The notes under the pieces were generated by a model, which did not search any database, was not told the origin of the DNA, and was given only the letters and a program-made list of their open reading frames with translations. This document shows positions 22,735 through 35,100 of a stretch of DNA of 64,000 nt, in pieces (position 1 is the first letter of the stretch; the number at the start of each line of letters is the position of its first letter). Position numbers and translations under genes: made by a program. This stretch comes from Paragordius varius (taxonomy: Eukaryota; Animalia; Nematomorpha). The stretch is taken from the NCBI GenBank assembly GCA_964247055.1, contig OZ176053.1, positions 1,488,001 through 1,552,000 of the forward strand. The letters run 5' to 3'.

Positions 22735-25623
22735 TGGTATATTTTTTATTTGAGTGAATGCGTTTTAGCAGATTGTCATCATTTTATAAAATATTGTAGA
22801 AGTCTCTACAAGAATTTGTTAAATTATATTTGACAGATAACACGGCCTTTAAAGTCCCAACATTTAAATTTGATTTTTATGTCCACATCTGATTTACTGT
22901 GAACGCGCTCAGTAGCAGCGTTGGTTCCACGTAAAGATAATGCAACTACAATTTTTAAAATATTGGAACATAGTTTGTTTCAAAATGATGAAATATTTCT
23001 AACCATTTCTTTTCGACTGTATTTTTTGTTGTCCATAATTTAAGTTTTTCATTACACTGGACAACAAATTTTTCTGCCACTCGAGTTTTTGCATTTTCTG
23101 ATATTTAGTATCATTCTAACAGTAAATCCGAAATAAAAATTATAACCCGATGGAAGAAATTTGTATAATTTGATTTTTTTGATTATGTGCCCTTTTATCA
23201 AAATTTTACTAAAAAATGATTTTCTTTGAAAATATACAAGTAATGCCCTTTTGTAATATATCATTCGAAAGAGTAATAAAAACTTTATATAATGCATACT
23301 AATATGTATTACATCGACAGTTAATATTGGACACAAAGAGCGACAAACGCGCGAAGCGAGAGCATTTTTTTTAATTATTATATTTTTAAAACTAATGGAT
23401 GAAAATAGCTCAAACTTTGTTTAGATGGTGATGAATGTCCAAAAAAGGTAACACAAGAAAGTTTTTTTGATTAAAACATTTTATTGCTTTTATGTAACTC
23501 AAAACAGCCATTTTTAAGTTTTTTATTTTTTAAAAATTACCATCTCATCAATATTAATTTATTTTCTTTACGAGGCTGATAATTTCGAAATTTTAAAGTT
23601 AAATACAAAGTTTAGGGTATTTTTGATCTTTTATAGCCATTATGTAATAAATTTACAGTTATAACTATGCATTTTAGTATCCACTAGGCAAAATATTTAT
23701 GATAATAATAATTTTTATTAAAAAAGCAAACCAAAAGCTTTTTTAAACATTTTTTTAAATTAAATACTAATATAACCCTGATAATTATATTAAAATAATT
23801 TATATGATTTTCAAATTAGTTTGTCTGTGAAAATTCTTGACTTATTTAAGGATTAAAAATTTCGACCATTTAATCAAAATAACTTTTACATCCGATTGAT
23901 TTAAATGACTTACTACCATTTAAAAGATTTGAGCTCTTTCGAATGACATAAAATACATGGCTTCATATCTAAAACTTTTAATTTTCAAAATTTGGAGTTT
24001 AATGTTAAATCGGGGCCAAAAATTATCGATAAACTCTAATATAAAAAAATTCTTCCATGTAAGACCAATTTTCTTTTCAGATATACTAATTATGTACTTT
24101 AATGAAATAAATTTAAAATTTACAAGAATGGCAGTTAAAAAAAGTTAAAATTTGTTGTCTAGTGTTATTAATATATTTTATAACTAATGATATTTTAGAA
24201 AAAAAGACATTTTCTGTAAGGTTATTTTGGGAATTTTTGGGAGATGCAGAAAGGATTTTTGCACATCGCACCAATTAAATTCTGGTTTTAATGTTATCCA
24301 ATAAAAATGATCAATTTCATTAAACTGCACCGTCCAGTCTTCCAATAATCTTTACAGTTTGTATAAAACATTTTTAATGGTACAAGATATCTTGGCGATT
24401 TATTAAGCCTTGTTTTTCCAAATTATTTATAATATTGCGGATGGTTACTCGTATAAAAGTATTTTATAACCTTTCTACATTGGAATTTTAGGTTACTAAC
24501 TTCATTGGCTACTTCGATTGCCGAAGTTTTGTCACTTTCTATCAATTTAATAACATTTTAAAAGAGAGAAGCTTGATTATGTAGGAACTCTAACCATATT
24601 GAAGAATCACTTTCAAAAAACTTTTCCAAAGTTGTAGGACATTAGTCCTGTGATAAAAAAATAGGATTTTAAAGGATCATTTTTTAAAATTCCTTCGATA
24701 GCTGGCAGCAAACCAACGAGTTTTACAATATCCAAGCATTTTTTAATATTGTACTTCTGTTGCACAGAATTTCTTAAGCGTTTCAACGCGTACCGTGTAT
24801 ATAAAAATAGGAATATACCTTAACAACGACATTTTTACATCTAGGGGTAACAAATCAGCAGCTGTTTGAATAGCGTTGTGTGTTATATGCGCTACACACC
24901 CAACGTCAATAATGGATTAAGATTATCTGCTAATTACTGAAAATTATTTTTTGTTCCCCTCCTTGCTTTTCCACCAAAGTTCGTATTGGTGTTGTCACCG
25001 CAATATGCGATGATTTTGTCTTTTAAATTATTTTTTCCTAGAATATTCATTATTGAAGTAAAATTATGTCGGAATTCGCACCGGGTAGAGAAATAAAATT
25101 TAAAATTTTAATTTTACTCCGTCTGGACAAAATATTTTATTAACGTGGGAAATATTTTTGTTTCCTGATTTGATACATCAGAGTATGGCGATATGAAATT
25201 AATTTTCAGGAAATCGTTTTGTATTCAGAAAATGCATGTGGCGAAAGGACAATGCATACAATGCCTTCAGCCTTTGTACGGGCACGAATAACATGTGAGG
25301 TACAATCCATAGATCTAAAGGAATGATTGTGATTAACGCGTGAAAAGATAAAACGCCCTGGGCTAGTGCCAAATTTTTTTCTTCCTCTCCAAAAGCGGTT
25401 TTACGATAAAAAATCCCTTATTTTGTAAGATGATGCCACCATATCTAAACATTTTTTATGTTTCTGTGTTTCCATATGCTTTGTAATATTATGCTTACCG
25501 CCATGTGGTAGGGTGAACCCCTAACATAAAGCATTTAACAAATGATTCATTCTTCGTTTTTTTGATAAAAGGAAATTCTTTCATTAAATCATCGTTAAAT
25601 TTACAACCTCTTTTTGTACTCAT
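22735..25623 (-). pseudogene. Degenerate hAT transposase of the Blackjack-like element, interrupted at 23055-24164
   Basis: MSTKRGCKFNDDLMKEFPF...HGGKHNITKH (BED-like), HNHSFRSMDCTS, CGDNTNTNFGG, GCVAHITHN (CxxH), KTRW and C-terminal GTNAATERV...LKRIHSNKKY. Multiple stops and frameshifts. Confidence 0.85.
23055..24164. mobile_element. Non-autonomous CMC/Chapaev3-like DNA element, copy 1
   Basis: TIR CACTGGACAACAAATTTT / AAAATTTGTTGTCTAGTG and a 3-bp TSD TTA. It interrupts the hAT transposase frame. A second copy is at 41132-42399. Confidence 0.75.
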
Positions 25624-25635
25624 ATTTTAAACTAA

Positions 25636-26714
25636 TCTATATATTTATAATGAAAAATGCTGGCTTTGTGATCTGGTACCGGAAAACCGGTAGACCCATT
25701 CAAATCCAAAGTTCGAAAAAATATAATCATTAATGAATGCCCCAACAATGGCTTCGCCCTTTTTTTGAAATAGGCCCCCAGTTCGGGCCCACCCCGTGTG
25801 AAAAACGTTTTTTTTTTCAAAACAAAAGTCCACAAAATCGTGTCTTTGAGACAATTTTCTGGAGAACGTGTTGGACCATTCAATTTCAAATATGATTTTT
25901 GTTTACTTATTTTCGATTGCGCCGAACATAGTCGTCTCGCTTTTTTGATTAAGGCCCTCTTTTTACCCGCTCCCCCCGTAAAATGCCATTTTTTTCAAAA
26001 AACAAAGTCCACAAAAATAATTTTTTAAATCTATTTTTCGCCCTAGTATGAGACCGTAAAAATTTATGGATTCCATGTATTTTCTGTTAAAAGGCAAAAA
26101 TTTTAGTCAAGCGTTTCTTTGATGGTAGCTGCTGGGTAGGGAGCTACCCGCTAAAAACTGATTCCTCATGTAACTTTGTGATCTGTTTCCAGAAAACCGG
26201 TGAAGCCAATCAAATCCAAATATCGAAAAAATATAATCATTAATAAATGTCCCACAATAGCTTCGCCTTTTTTTGAAATAGGCCCCCAGTTCGGGCCCAC
26301 CCCGTCTGAAAAACGGTTTTTTTTGAAAACAGAAACCCACAAAAATCGTGTCTTTGAGACAATTTTATGGAGAAAGTATCATTCAATTTCCTTATTTTCG
26401 ATTGCGCCGAACATAGTAGTCTCGCTTTTGATTTAATCCCTCTTTTTACCCGCTCCCTTCGTAAAATTCCATTTTTTTCAAAAAACAAAGTCCACAAAAA
26501 TAATTTTTTAAATCTATTTTTCGCCTTATTAAACAATATATTAATTAGTATGGATGCTCCGTTTTAAAATTCCTATAAAATCATATCTATTAAATAATGT
26601 TTCGAAATAATCCACATATGTGGATCATTTTATTGTCCCTTATTTCAAATAGCCCTACCCCCAGAAGTCCGAAGGACTTCCTCTGGCTGCGTAGCAGCAC
26701 GAGATTTACGCTAG
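25636..26714 (+). mobile_element. Non-autonomous Helitron with an internal tandem duplication of about 510 bp
   Basis: 5' end A|TCTATATATTTATAA. The 3' hairpin GCTGC-GTA-GCAGC lies about 11 nt before CTAG|T. It is inserted between A and T with no TSD. Internal repeats are at about 25663-26045 and 26173-26526. Confidence 0.75.
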
Positions 26715-26829
26715 TATTAATATAAAAAATATTATATTACCTTAATTTTCTGGAGTAAACGTATAAGCTACCGATTTGTGATATTAATTTGTCTTTTTGA
26801 AAATGTTAGCAGTAGGATTAGGAAGCAAA

Positions 26830-28295
26830 GGGTCGGGTGATAAAAAAAATTTTTTGACTTGACTTGCAAGTTTTTCAAGTCATGGCTTGCTTTAATGTGA
26901 TAAAAAAAATAAACATTACACAACTTAAGTCAAACAAGAAAACTTGATAAGGAGGTGATAAAAAATCATATGTTCAAGTAAAACTTAAAGATTTTGCAAG
27001 TGTGGTGTAGGGCACACTTGACAGATTTAAAAATGTGGATTAAATTATTTTGGAAACTATTTATATATAAAATTTAGGTTTTATATGTAATTCAAACCTT
27101 TATTAATGCTCTAAATTGTTAATTTAATAAACTTTGGCTAATTAATCTATTCATTGGGTGGATACAAAAGAGGATAAATTTATAGAAAATCTCTGCTAAT
27201 ATTAGTTAACATGGCACATAAAAATATGCTAAATATATCAATTCCGTGACCGCAAAAAAATTGGGTGGGGTGATAAAAAAGTCGCACTTGACTTGTAAGC
27301 CAAGCGTGGTAAGTTGAGCAAGATTACTTAAGCAAGCAAGTGTACACTTAAAGATCGGTGATAAAAAAACACTTAAGTCAAGTCTTTTGTTTATAAATGT
27401 AACAGTTTTTTGCCACCCAATTTGAATTTTATGGAAATTTTTTTGATCATATTCAGCTAAAATTTATGAAATAAAGCACAAAAATATAAACAATAAATAC
27501 AATATGCATTTATTGAAGTTTTTTAAACTCACTGGCACGTATCTTATATAATATTATAGAGTTTTCCAAATTGTGAGCCTGGTAATAATTTTTAGATTGA
27601 TGAAACCATTCGCCCTTAGAACACTTTCCATTATTTTACCATACTACTTATTTTGTTTGGAGTCCAGTTGCAAATATAATGGGAAAATGTTTGTGCTATA
27701 TAACATAATTATTTTTAATTGATTATAATCATTACATTCGAAATAAATTTATGATTAAATAAATTCTTTACATTGGATAAAAGTGAAGTTTTGCTTTTAA
27801 TAAACGAAGATTTGAAATTTTACAAGATTAATATTTAATTTTTAATTTTAAGAAATTTTCGAGAATCCAATTTTTTTTGCGGTCACGGAATTGATATCTT
27901 TAGCATATTTTTATGTGCCTGGTTATTTAATATTAGCAGATTTCTATAAATTTATCCTCTTTTGTATCCACCCAATGAATAGATTAATTTGCCAAAAATT
28001 AATTAACAATTTATAGCATTAACAAAGGTTTGAATTACATATTAAACCCAAATTTTGTATATAAATAGTTTCCAAAATAATTTTATCCATATTTTTAAAT
28101 CTGTCAAGTGTGCCCTACACCACACTTGCAAAATCTTTAAGTTTTACTTGAACATATGATTTTTTATCACATCCTTATCAAGTTTTCTTGCTTGACTTAA
28201 GTCGTGTAATGTTAAATTTTTTTATCACATGAAAGCAAGCCATGACTTGAAAAACTTGCAAGTCAAGTCAAAAAAATTTTTTTATCACCCGACCC
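26830..28295. mobile_element. Foldback-type element with TIRs of about 435 bp (family J)
   Basis: 26830-27265 is the reverse complement of about 27866-28295. Termini are GGGTCGGGTGAT...ATCACCCGACCC, flanked by AAA on both sides, with recurrent GTGATAAAAAA motifs. Confidence 0.8.
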
Positions 28296-29189
28296 AAAGT
28301 GTATAATCATATGATATAAATTTGAAAAAATAAATATTTTTAAAAAAATAAAAAACTTTAATTTAAAATTGATACAGATTTTAAAGATAACTAATGATAA
28401 AAAATTTAAACGGATAAAAAAATAAATTTTTTATAAAAAATTTAAATGTATTTAAAAAAATCTTTTTTTATATAACCGTGAAAAAGCGGGACATTTCAAA
28501 AACGCAGCGGGACGCGGGACAAAGTGTGAAAAAGCGTGACTGTCCCGCCAAAAGCGGGACGTCTGGTCACCTTAACCCTGGTCTTCTAACATATTTTATT
28601 TTAATATGCCGCCTCGATGTAGTTAAATTAATTAGGATAACTTCTGCCATTATATATTTCATTCAAAATTCGTTATACATCCTTCTTCCTTTAATATACT
28701 GGAATAATTGTGACGAAAAATTTTATTAGCAAGTGTCAAAACCGAAGCGCAAAGGAAAAACCCTGAATATCTTTTTAAAATAAAATTTTTTAAAAAAATA
28801 TTTTTCAGGGTAAAAAGCACTTTCAGGGCTATTTAGAGCATCATTGTTTTAAGGTTTTTAATTTCTTCACCATGAATAAATCATAAATTTTTAGGACATT
28901 TTACGATATGTATTTTATAATTGTTTTCATATAAAGCGATTTTGCGGATGTTATAATAATGACCTTAATGATAAACATAGCTTAAATTACTTCTGCCATT
29001 TAATAAAATTAAGCTGGAAGTTTTAAGCTTTTCACATAAAGTTACGATATTTTTTATTATTCCATGTTTAACCTAAATTTTTATACTAGCACAGAAGGAA
29101 GAACATTAATGATAGTATTTTTAAGTTCGGCCTACAGCAGTGCCAATTTTTAAAATATTTGATCATAACTTTTTAATTTTTAGTAAATT

Positions 29190-32100
29190 ATGAAATATAT
29201 TCTGGTGACTGGTGGTGTTATTAGTGGCGTTGGTAAGGGTGTTATTGCAAGTAGTATTGGGACTTTGCTTAGATGTCACGGGATAAAAATTACATCGATT
29301 AAGATTGATCCATATATCAATATTGATGCTGGAACCTTTTCCCCCTATGAACATGGTAACAAATTCATTTAACTCTTTGTTTTTTGCAGGCGAAGTTTTT
29401 GTTTTAGACGATGGGGGGGAAGTGGATTTAGATTTGGGGAATTATGAGCGATTTATGGATATTACCTTAAATAGCGCAAACAATATTACCACTGGGAAAG
29501 TATTTTTAGACGTTATAACTAATGAACGGAAAGGCAATTTCCTTGGCAAAACTGTTCAAGGTAGTTTTACAAAACCTTTATGATTTATATCTTTTTTATA
29601 CATTTTAAAATAAGACTTATGCGATTAAGATTTGTTAACATTTTGAGTTGAATCAATTTAAATTATTCAAAGCCTATATTAAATATTTTAATTTGTTATT
29701 ACATTTTTTTGGGCTTTAACCGCTTTTTTCTATTAGTTCTAATTCCAATGATTGTTTCCTATATTTGTTTGTTTTAGATCTCAAGTAGTTAGCATCAATA
29801 TTAACTTTAAAATTCTCACAATTATTTTGTAAAATAAATTTTATTTTTTGTGCAAATTTAGTCGTTCCCCACATCACTGATGCCATACAAAAATGGGTTG
29901 AGGAAGTCGCCAAAGTTCCTGTAGACGATAGTTTGATAGAACCTCAAATCTGTATTATTGAGGTTACGTTAAATATTTATTTTAATTATTTTGCCCATTA
30001 AATATTTAATAAATACCTTTTTTGGGGTAAAAATCTATGACTTTAATGCATTTACATTTTAACCATAGCATTTATCATAAAAAAGAAAAATATTTAGAAT
30101 ATATTCCATTAAAGCAAATTTTTTAAGTTTAAGGTTTCAAAACACTTGTAAAGATGTATAATTTGGACAAAATAACGATATTTTCACGTAAAAATTTGCG
30201 GTTGCTATGGTATTATACAATTATATTATAGATATGTTATAGATACAATTAAGACAAGACAAATCACAAAATATTCGTTTAATATTTTATGGGTAAAGAA
30301 AAAAACCATATTTTTGATCATTGATTTATATCTATAAAACCTAATTAAGATTTTATATAAAAAATAGCGTTTAAAATCCCCAAAATTATAAGTTATATTA
30401 AAAGTCTCTCAATGTATAATACGGTTTCTAGATATCAAAAAATTTATTAGTCGCCAACTTTTATGTTTTATCCTTATATATATTATCTAATCATCTTGAA
30501 AAAGTCTAAATTTTTATTTAATTTTTTAATTTTATACAGTTGGGGGGTACAGTGGGTGATATTGAAAGTATGCCCTTTGTTGAAGCCTTTCGTCAATTTC
30601 AATTTAAGGTTGGACGCGAAAATTTTTGCGTTGTCCATGTTAGTTTAATCCCACAAGTAAGTAATTTGAATTAATATATATTATTTACAGTTCAAATTCA
30701 CCCTCGAACAATTTAAATTCACCCTAAAAAACAATTATGTGTTTTCAAACTAATATAACTCATTATTAATATGAAATATATCTTTATGGCCGAATTTATT
30801 ATTTTTCAGTATTATTTTAATTTTAAACAAAATTTTAGCTTTTAAATAAATATATTAAAATATAGGAAATTTTTAATTTTAAAAAACACCTAATTTATTT
30901 GAGGGTGAATTTGGATTGTTCAAGGGTTAAGAATCGTTCAAGGGTGAATTTGAATTGGTCAAGGATGAATTTCAATTGTAAATGGTATATATTATTGTTA
31001 AATGTTTAAATGACATTTAAAAAAGAACAATCTTTTTTTAATAAAAAAGATGTTTTTGGACACGCTTTGATAGTAAAAATTTTTGCATGTGTGCGGGGAA
31101 GTTTTTTTATTCGATGTTTTGGATATATTTTAATTATCATATTTTTTAAGTTTTGTTTTTGTTCTAATTATAATAATAGTCAATATTTTACATTTTATTT
31201 GTTAAAATTAATTTTTCCATTTAAAGCATATAAAATATTAATTTATTAAAAAATTTTAAATTAATTATTTTAATAAAACATCATTTAATTAATTGTGAGA
31301 AAAATCTTAAATCTTGGATTTCTTTTATTAATTTTTAGTATTATACCAAACTTTGAAGTATTTTAGAAAATTATACTCATTTTTTTAGCTGCCGTCCGGT
31401 GAACAAAAAACAAAACCAACCCAATCTTCTGTCCGTGAACTTAGAGGTCTTGGGCTTAGCCCTGATTTTGTAATTTTTATCAATTATTTGAAATTTTTTA
31501 TATTACAATTAAATTAATAATACTTTTATTTAAGAATGATTAAATAATTTTGATTGATTTTCAGAACATATGATGATAATAAGTTTATGTAAAACTTGTA
31601 AAATCAATAAATATACCAACAAAAATTAATTTATACCCAACAATTAGATTGTTGCCCGTTGTGTTGACAAGCTGTTGGACAATGTCATTGAAAAGTTGGC
31701 TCATTTTTGTCATGTGAACACACAACAAGTAATTATGAATATTTAATTAATTCTCTCTTCAAAATTTTTTAAAAAACGTATTTTTTGCAATTCATTTTAA
31801 TTAATTATCCAACTTTTTTTTATTTTACTTGATTACACGAAAAAGGTTTTAGCCTTACCCGATGTCAGTAACATATATCAAGTCCCAGTTATTATTGAAC
31901 AACAAAAATTTATACATCAACTCTTTACCAAACTTTCGATTGGACGTGAAAATGCACCCCTAAATACCCATTATTTTTCCAAATGGCAAAGTATTGCTGA
32001 TAGGTATGTTATGTTACTTTTTTAGGGTTTTTCAAAACAAATGGTTTTGCGGGCCTTACGCATTCCTATAAGATTTCGTATTCATAATGCAAACATAATA

Positions 32101-35100
32101 AAACAATTTTTCCGTTGTCTGGAAAGAATATTTTTGGTTAATATACCATTTACAGTTCGAATTTATCCTTGAACAATCCAAATTCACCCTAAAAATAAAT
32201 TATGTGTTTTCCAACTAATATAACTTATTATTAATATAAAACATATCTTTATGGCATAGTTTATTATTTTTTCAGCATTAATCAAATTTAAAACAAAATT
32301 TTAGCTTTTTTAAAAATATATGGGTAATTTTACCTTTAAAAAACATATAATTTATCAGAGAGTAAATTTGAATTGTTTAAATGTGAATTATAATACCCTT
32401 GGGTTCAAAACAATGGAACAAATAAGCTTATATAAACTATCAACTACAAAATCTCATATCCTATATATTTTTGTATAATTAGCATTTATACCACATATAA
32501 TTTTAATTATCCCCTCAATTTTACAACACGAAGTCATAAAAGTCAAAACATTATAAACTTTGTTGTTTACCAATCAACAGACAAATGTTTTAGTTTTTGA
32601 CGGCTTTTTTAAACTTTTTTTTCTATTATCAATTAATTACTTATATAAAATTTATGTAACGGCATATATAAATTAAGAGTTCTAAATTTTGAATTTTTCA
32701 AAAAATATATCTCTATTCTTTGAAATACGCGCATTTTTCTTATTAATTGGGTAAATTTATTATACTTTTTACTTGAGAGGCTTGGGAGATGGTGCCCTTT
32801 GTTTTATTTAAGATTGAGTTATGGGTCAATGCCTTAAATATGTAAATCATTATATTTTATAGTAAAAAAATAGATTTATGTTTCGTAGTAAATATTAATA
32901 TTTTTCTTCTTTTGTGTATTGTATTGATGTGCATAAAATTAATTTCCAACTATAAAGTTTCATATTTAATATAACGGTAATTTTCATAGGTGGCCGCATG
33001 TAGCCCTCCAGGATATTTTTACGACTTACAACTAGAAATTTCAATTACAAAAATATTACGTAATCTAAGTAAAATTGATTTTGTTAAACAAAATTTCTGA
33101 ATTAATCTTTTCAAAATTTGGAAATTAACTAGCAAAAATTTTTAAAGTTTTTACAGTTTTACATTTAAAATCTAATAAAATATATTTATTAATACTCTCT
33201 CTTAAGTTTTGGGAATGCGGGATTCATCGTTTTTTTGAACCGCGATATGGCGGCCCGTGAAGCCAATTGTGGTAAACACATACACACCCCTTGGTTTAAA
33301 TAATATGTAATTAGCCAGTCTTTTTTAATAAAACTACGATTTTTTAAATAATTCGGTTTTTTTATTAATTTATCTTGTTAGATAATTATTTTATAAAGTA
33401 TCAACATGAGTAATAATATATAATTAGCATCCAAATTTTTTGTGCTTATTACTAGATATGATAAAGCCGAAAATGGGGTGGAAATTGCATTGGTTGGAAA
33501 GTATACACAGTTTGAAGATTCTTACACGTCTGTAATTAAAGCTTTACAGCATGCTGCCTTAGCCACAGATCATAAAATTAAAATTCATGTATGTTAACAT
33601 ACATTTTTTTTAAATTTAACTATTTTTTCCTCGTTTTTTGGGAGTTTAGAAAATGAGATTTTTATGCATTTTAATGGTTGCTTATTTCACACTATAGTTG
33701 GGCAATATGCAAAACTGTTGTAGTGTATGGAAAACACAATATTAAATGCTAAATAAATAAGTTTTCAGTTTTATTACATTAGTTTGATTATTTTATTCAA
33801 TATTTTTTTGTTTTTTTCTTACACACTACTGTGTTGTATATTGCCAAACTATAGTGTGAAATAAGCAACCATTAAAATGCATTCTAAAATTTAGTAAAAA
33901 TTTAAAATAATATTTTTTTATTTTATGATTTCTGATAGATGATTGAATCATTAAGATTGGAACCGGAACATAAGGTTCAACATGAAAAAGAATACATTAC
34001 GGCTTGGGAAACGTTGCAAAAATCTAGGTTATTTTTTTCAGAAATATTTTAGAGCTATCTTAAAATTTTGAGTCAAATTCTCAAAATACTGTAAAAACTC
34101 AAAATAAACGGACAAAACGTAAAAATATAAAGACAAATATTTTTATTTAAAAGCCAACCATACTTTTTGAATTTCAAATTTTTAAAATTTAAATAATTGT
34201 CAAAATTGCAAAGTATGGAATAGAGATGTATATTGGTAACACAATCATTTACATATTTTATAATTGCAAATAAATCATTTATATGGGAAAAATTTAGCTT
34301 TAAAAAAGTATGGTTGTCTTTTAGAAAAAAATATTTGTCTTTATATTTTTACATTTTCTCCGTATAATTTGAGTTTTTACTCAAATTGCATCATAAAATA
34401 TAATTTCTTTTATCATTTTAGAGGTTTAATTGTACCAGGAGGATTCGGAACACGTGGAATTGAAGGCAAAATTTTGGCTATCAAATGGGCCCGTGAAAAC
34501 AAAATTCCGTTTTTAGGTTTGCTCTAAATCAAAATTTTAGCGCAAAACATCGATTTTACCAAAATCCTATTTTTTTCTGCATTCTTAATAATTTAAATGT
34601 TTTGCATTTGATTAATTATCAAATAAAATTGAAATAATTACTTATATATATAGCAATTATATATGGCAATTATATCTTACAAAAACCTAATTATACAGTA
34701 ATATTTTATATTAATTTTTATATAAAAAATGAATTAAATGTGTATGGGAATACTATTATTTTGTAAATAGCAGCATTTGTTGATATTGTTTTTTTCCTTC
34801 TTAGGTATATGTTTGGGTATGCAATTAGCCCTTGTCGAATTTGCTAGAAATGTTTTAGGGCTCAAAAATGCAAATTCTGCCGAGTTTTTAGACATACCAC
34901 CCCTTAACAAAGAGAATACGCCCAATGTACCTCAAGATATAGAGGTTCCTGCCGTCATAATTAAGGTTATTTATTTAAACATAACATTTTTTACACTACA
35001 ATAAAGCCCCATCCTCCTTATACTGTAACTTGACTGTTGGATGGAAAAATCATTTGCTTAATATTTGTGACATGACCTTTTATAATTAATGGACAAAATT

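Larger units (their letters stand above)
22575..28574 (-). mobile_element. hAT transposon, Blackjack-like, 6.0 kb, including three nested insertions
   Basis: TIR TAAGGTGACCAG / CTGGTCACCTTA, subterminal AAAAGCGGGAC repeats, and an 8-bp TSD with 7/8 match (ACCTTGGT / ACCCTGGT). The TAGGGTGACCA-type terminus is typical of Blackjack/MER94-like hATs (family assignment from recall). Confidence 0.85.

Noticed and set aside
25632-26567. Cluster of 65-98 aa ORFs on both strands
   Set aside because: They lie in the tandem-duplicated Helitron interior, overlap one another and have no recognisable motifs.
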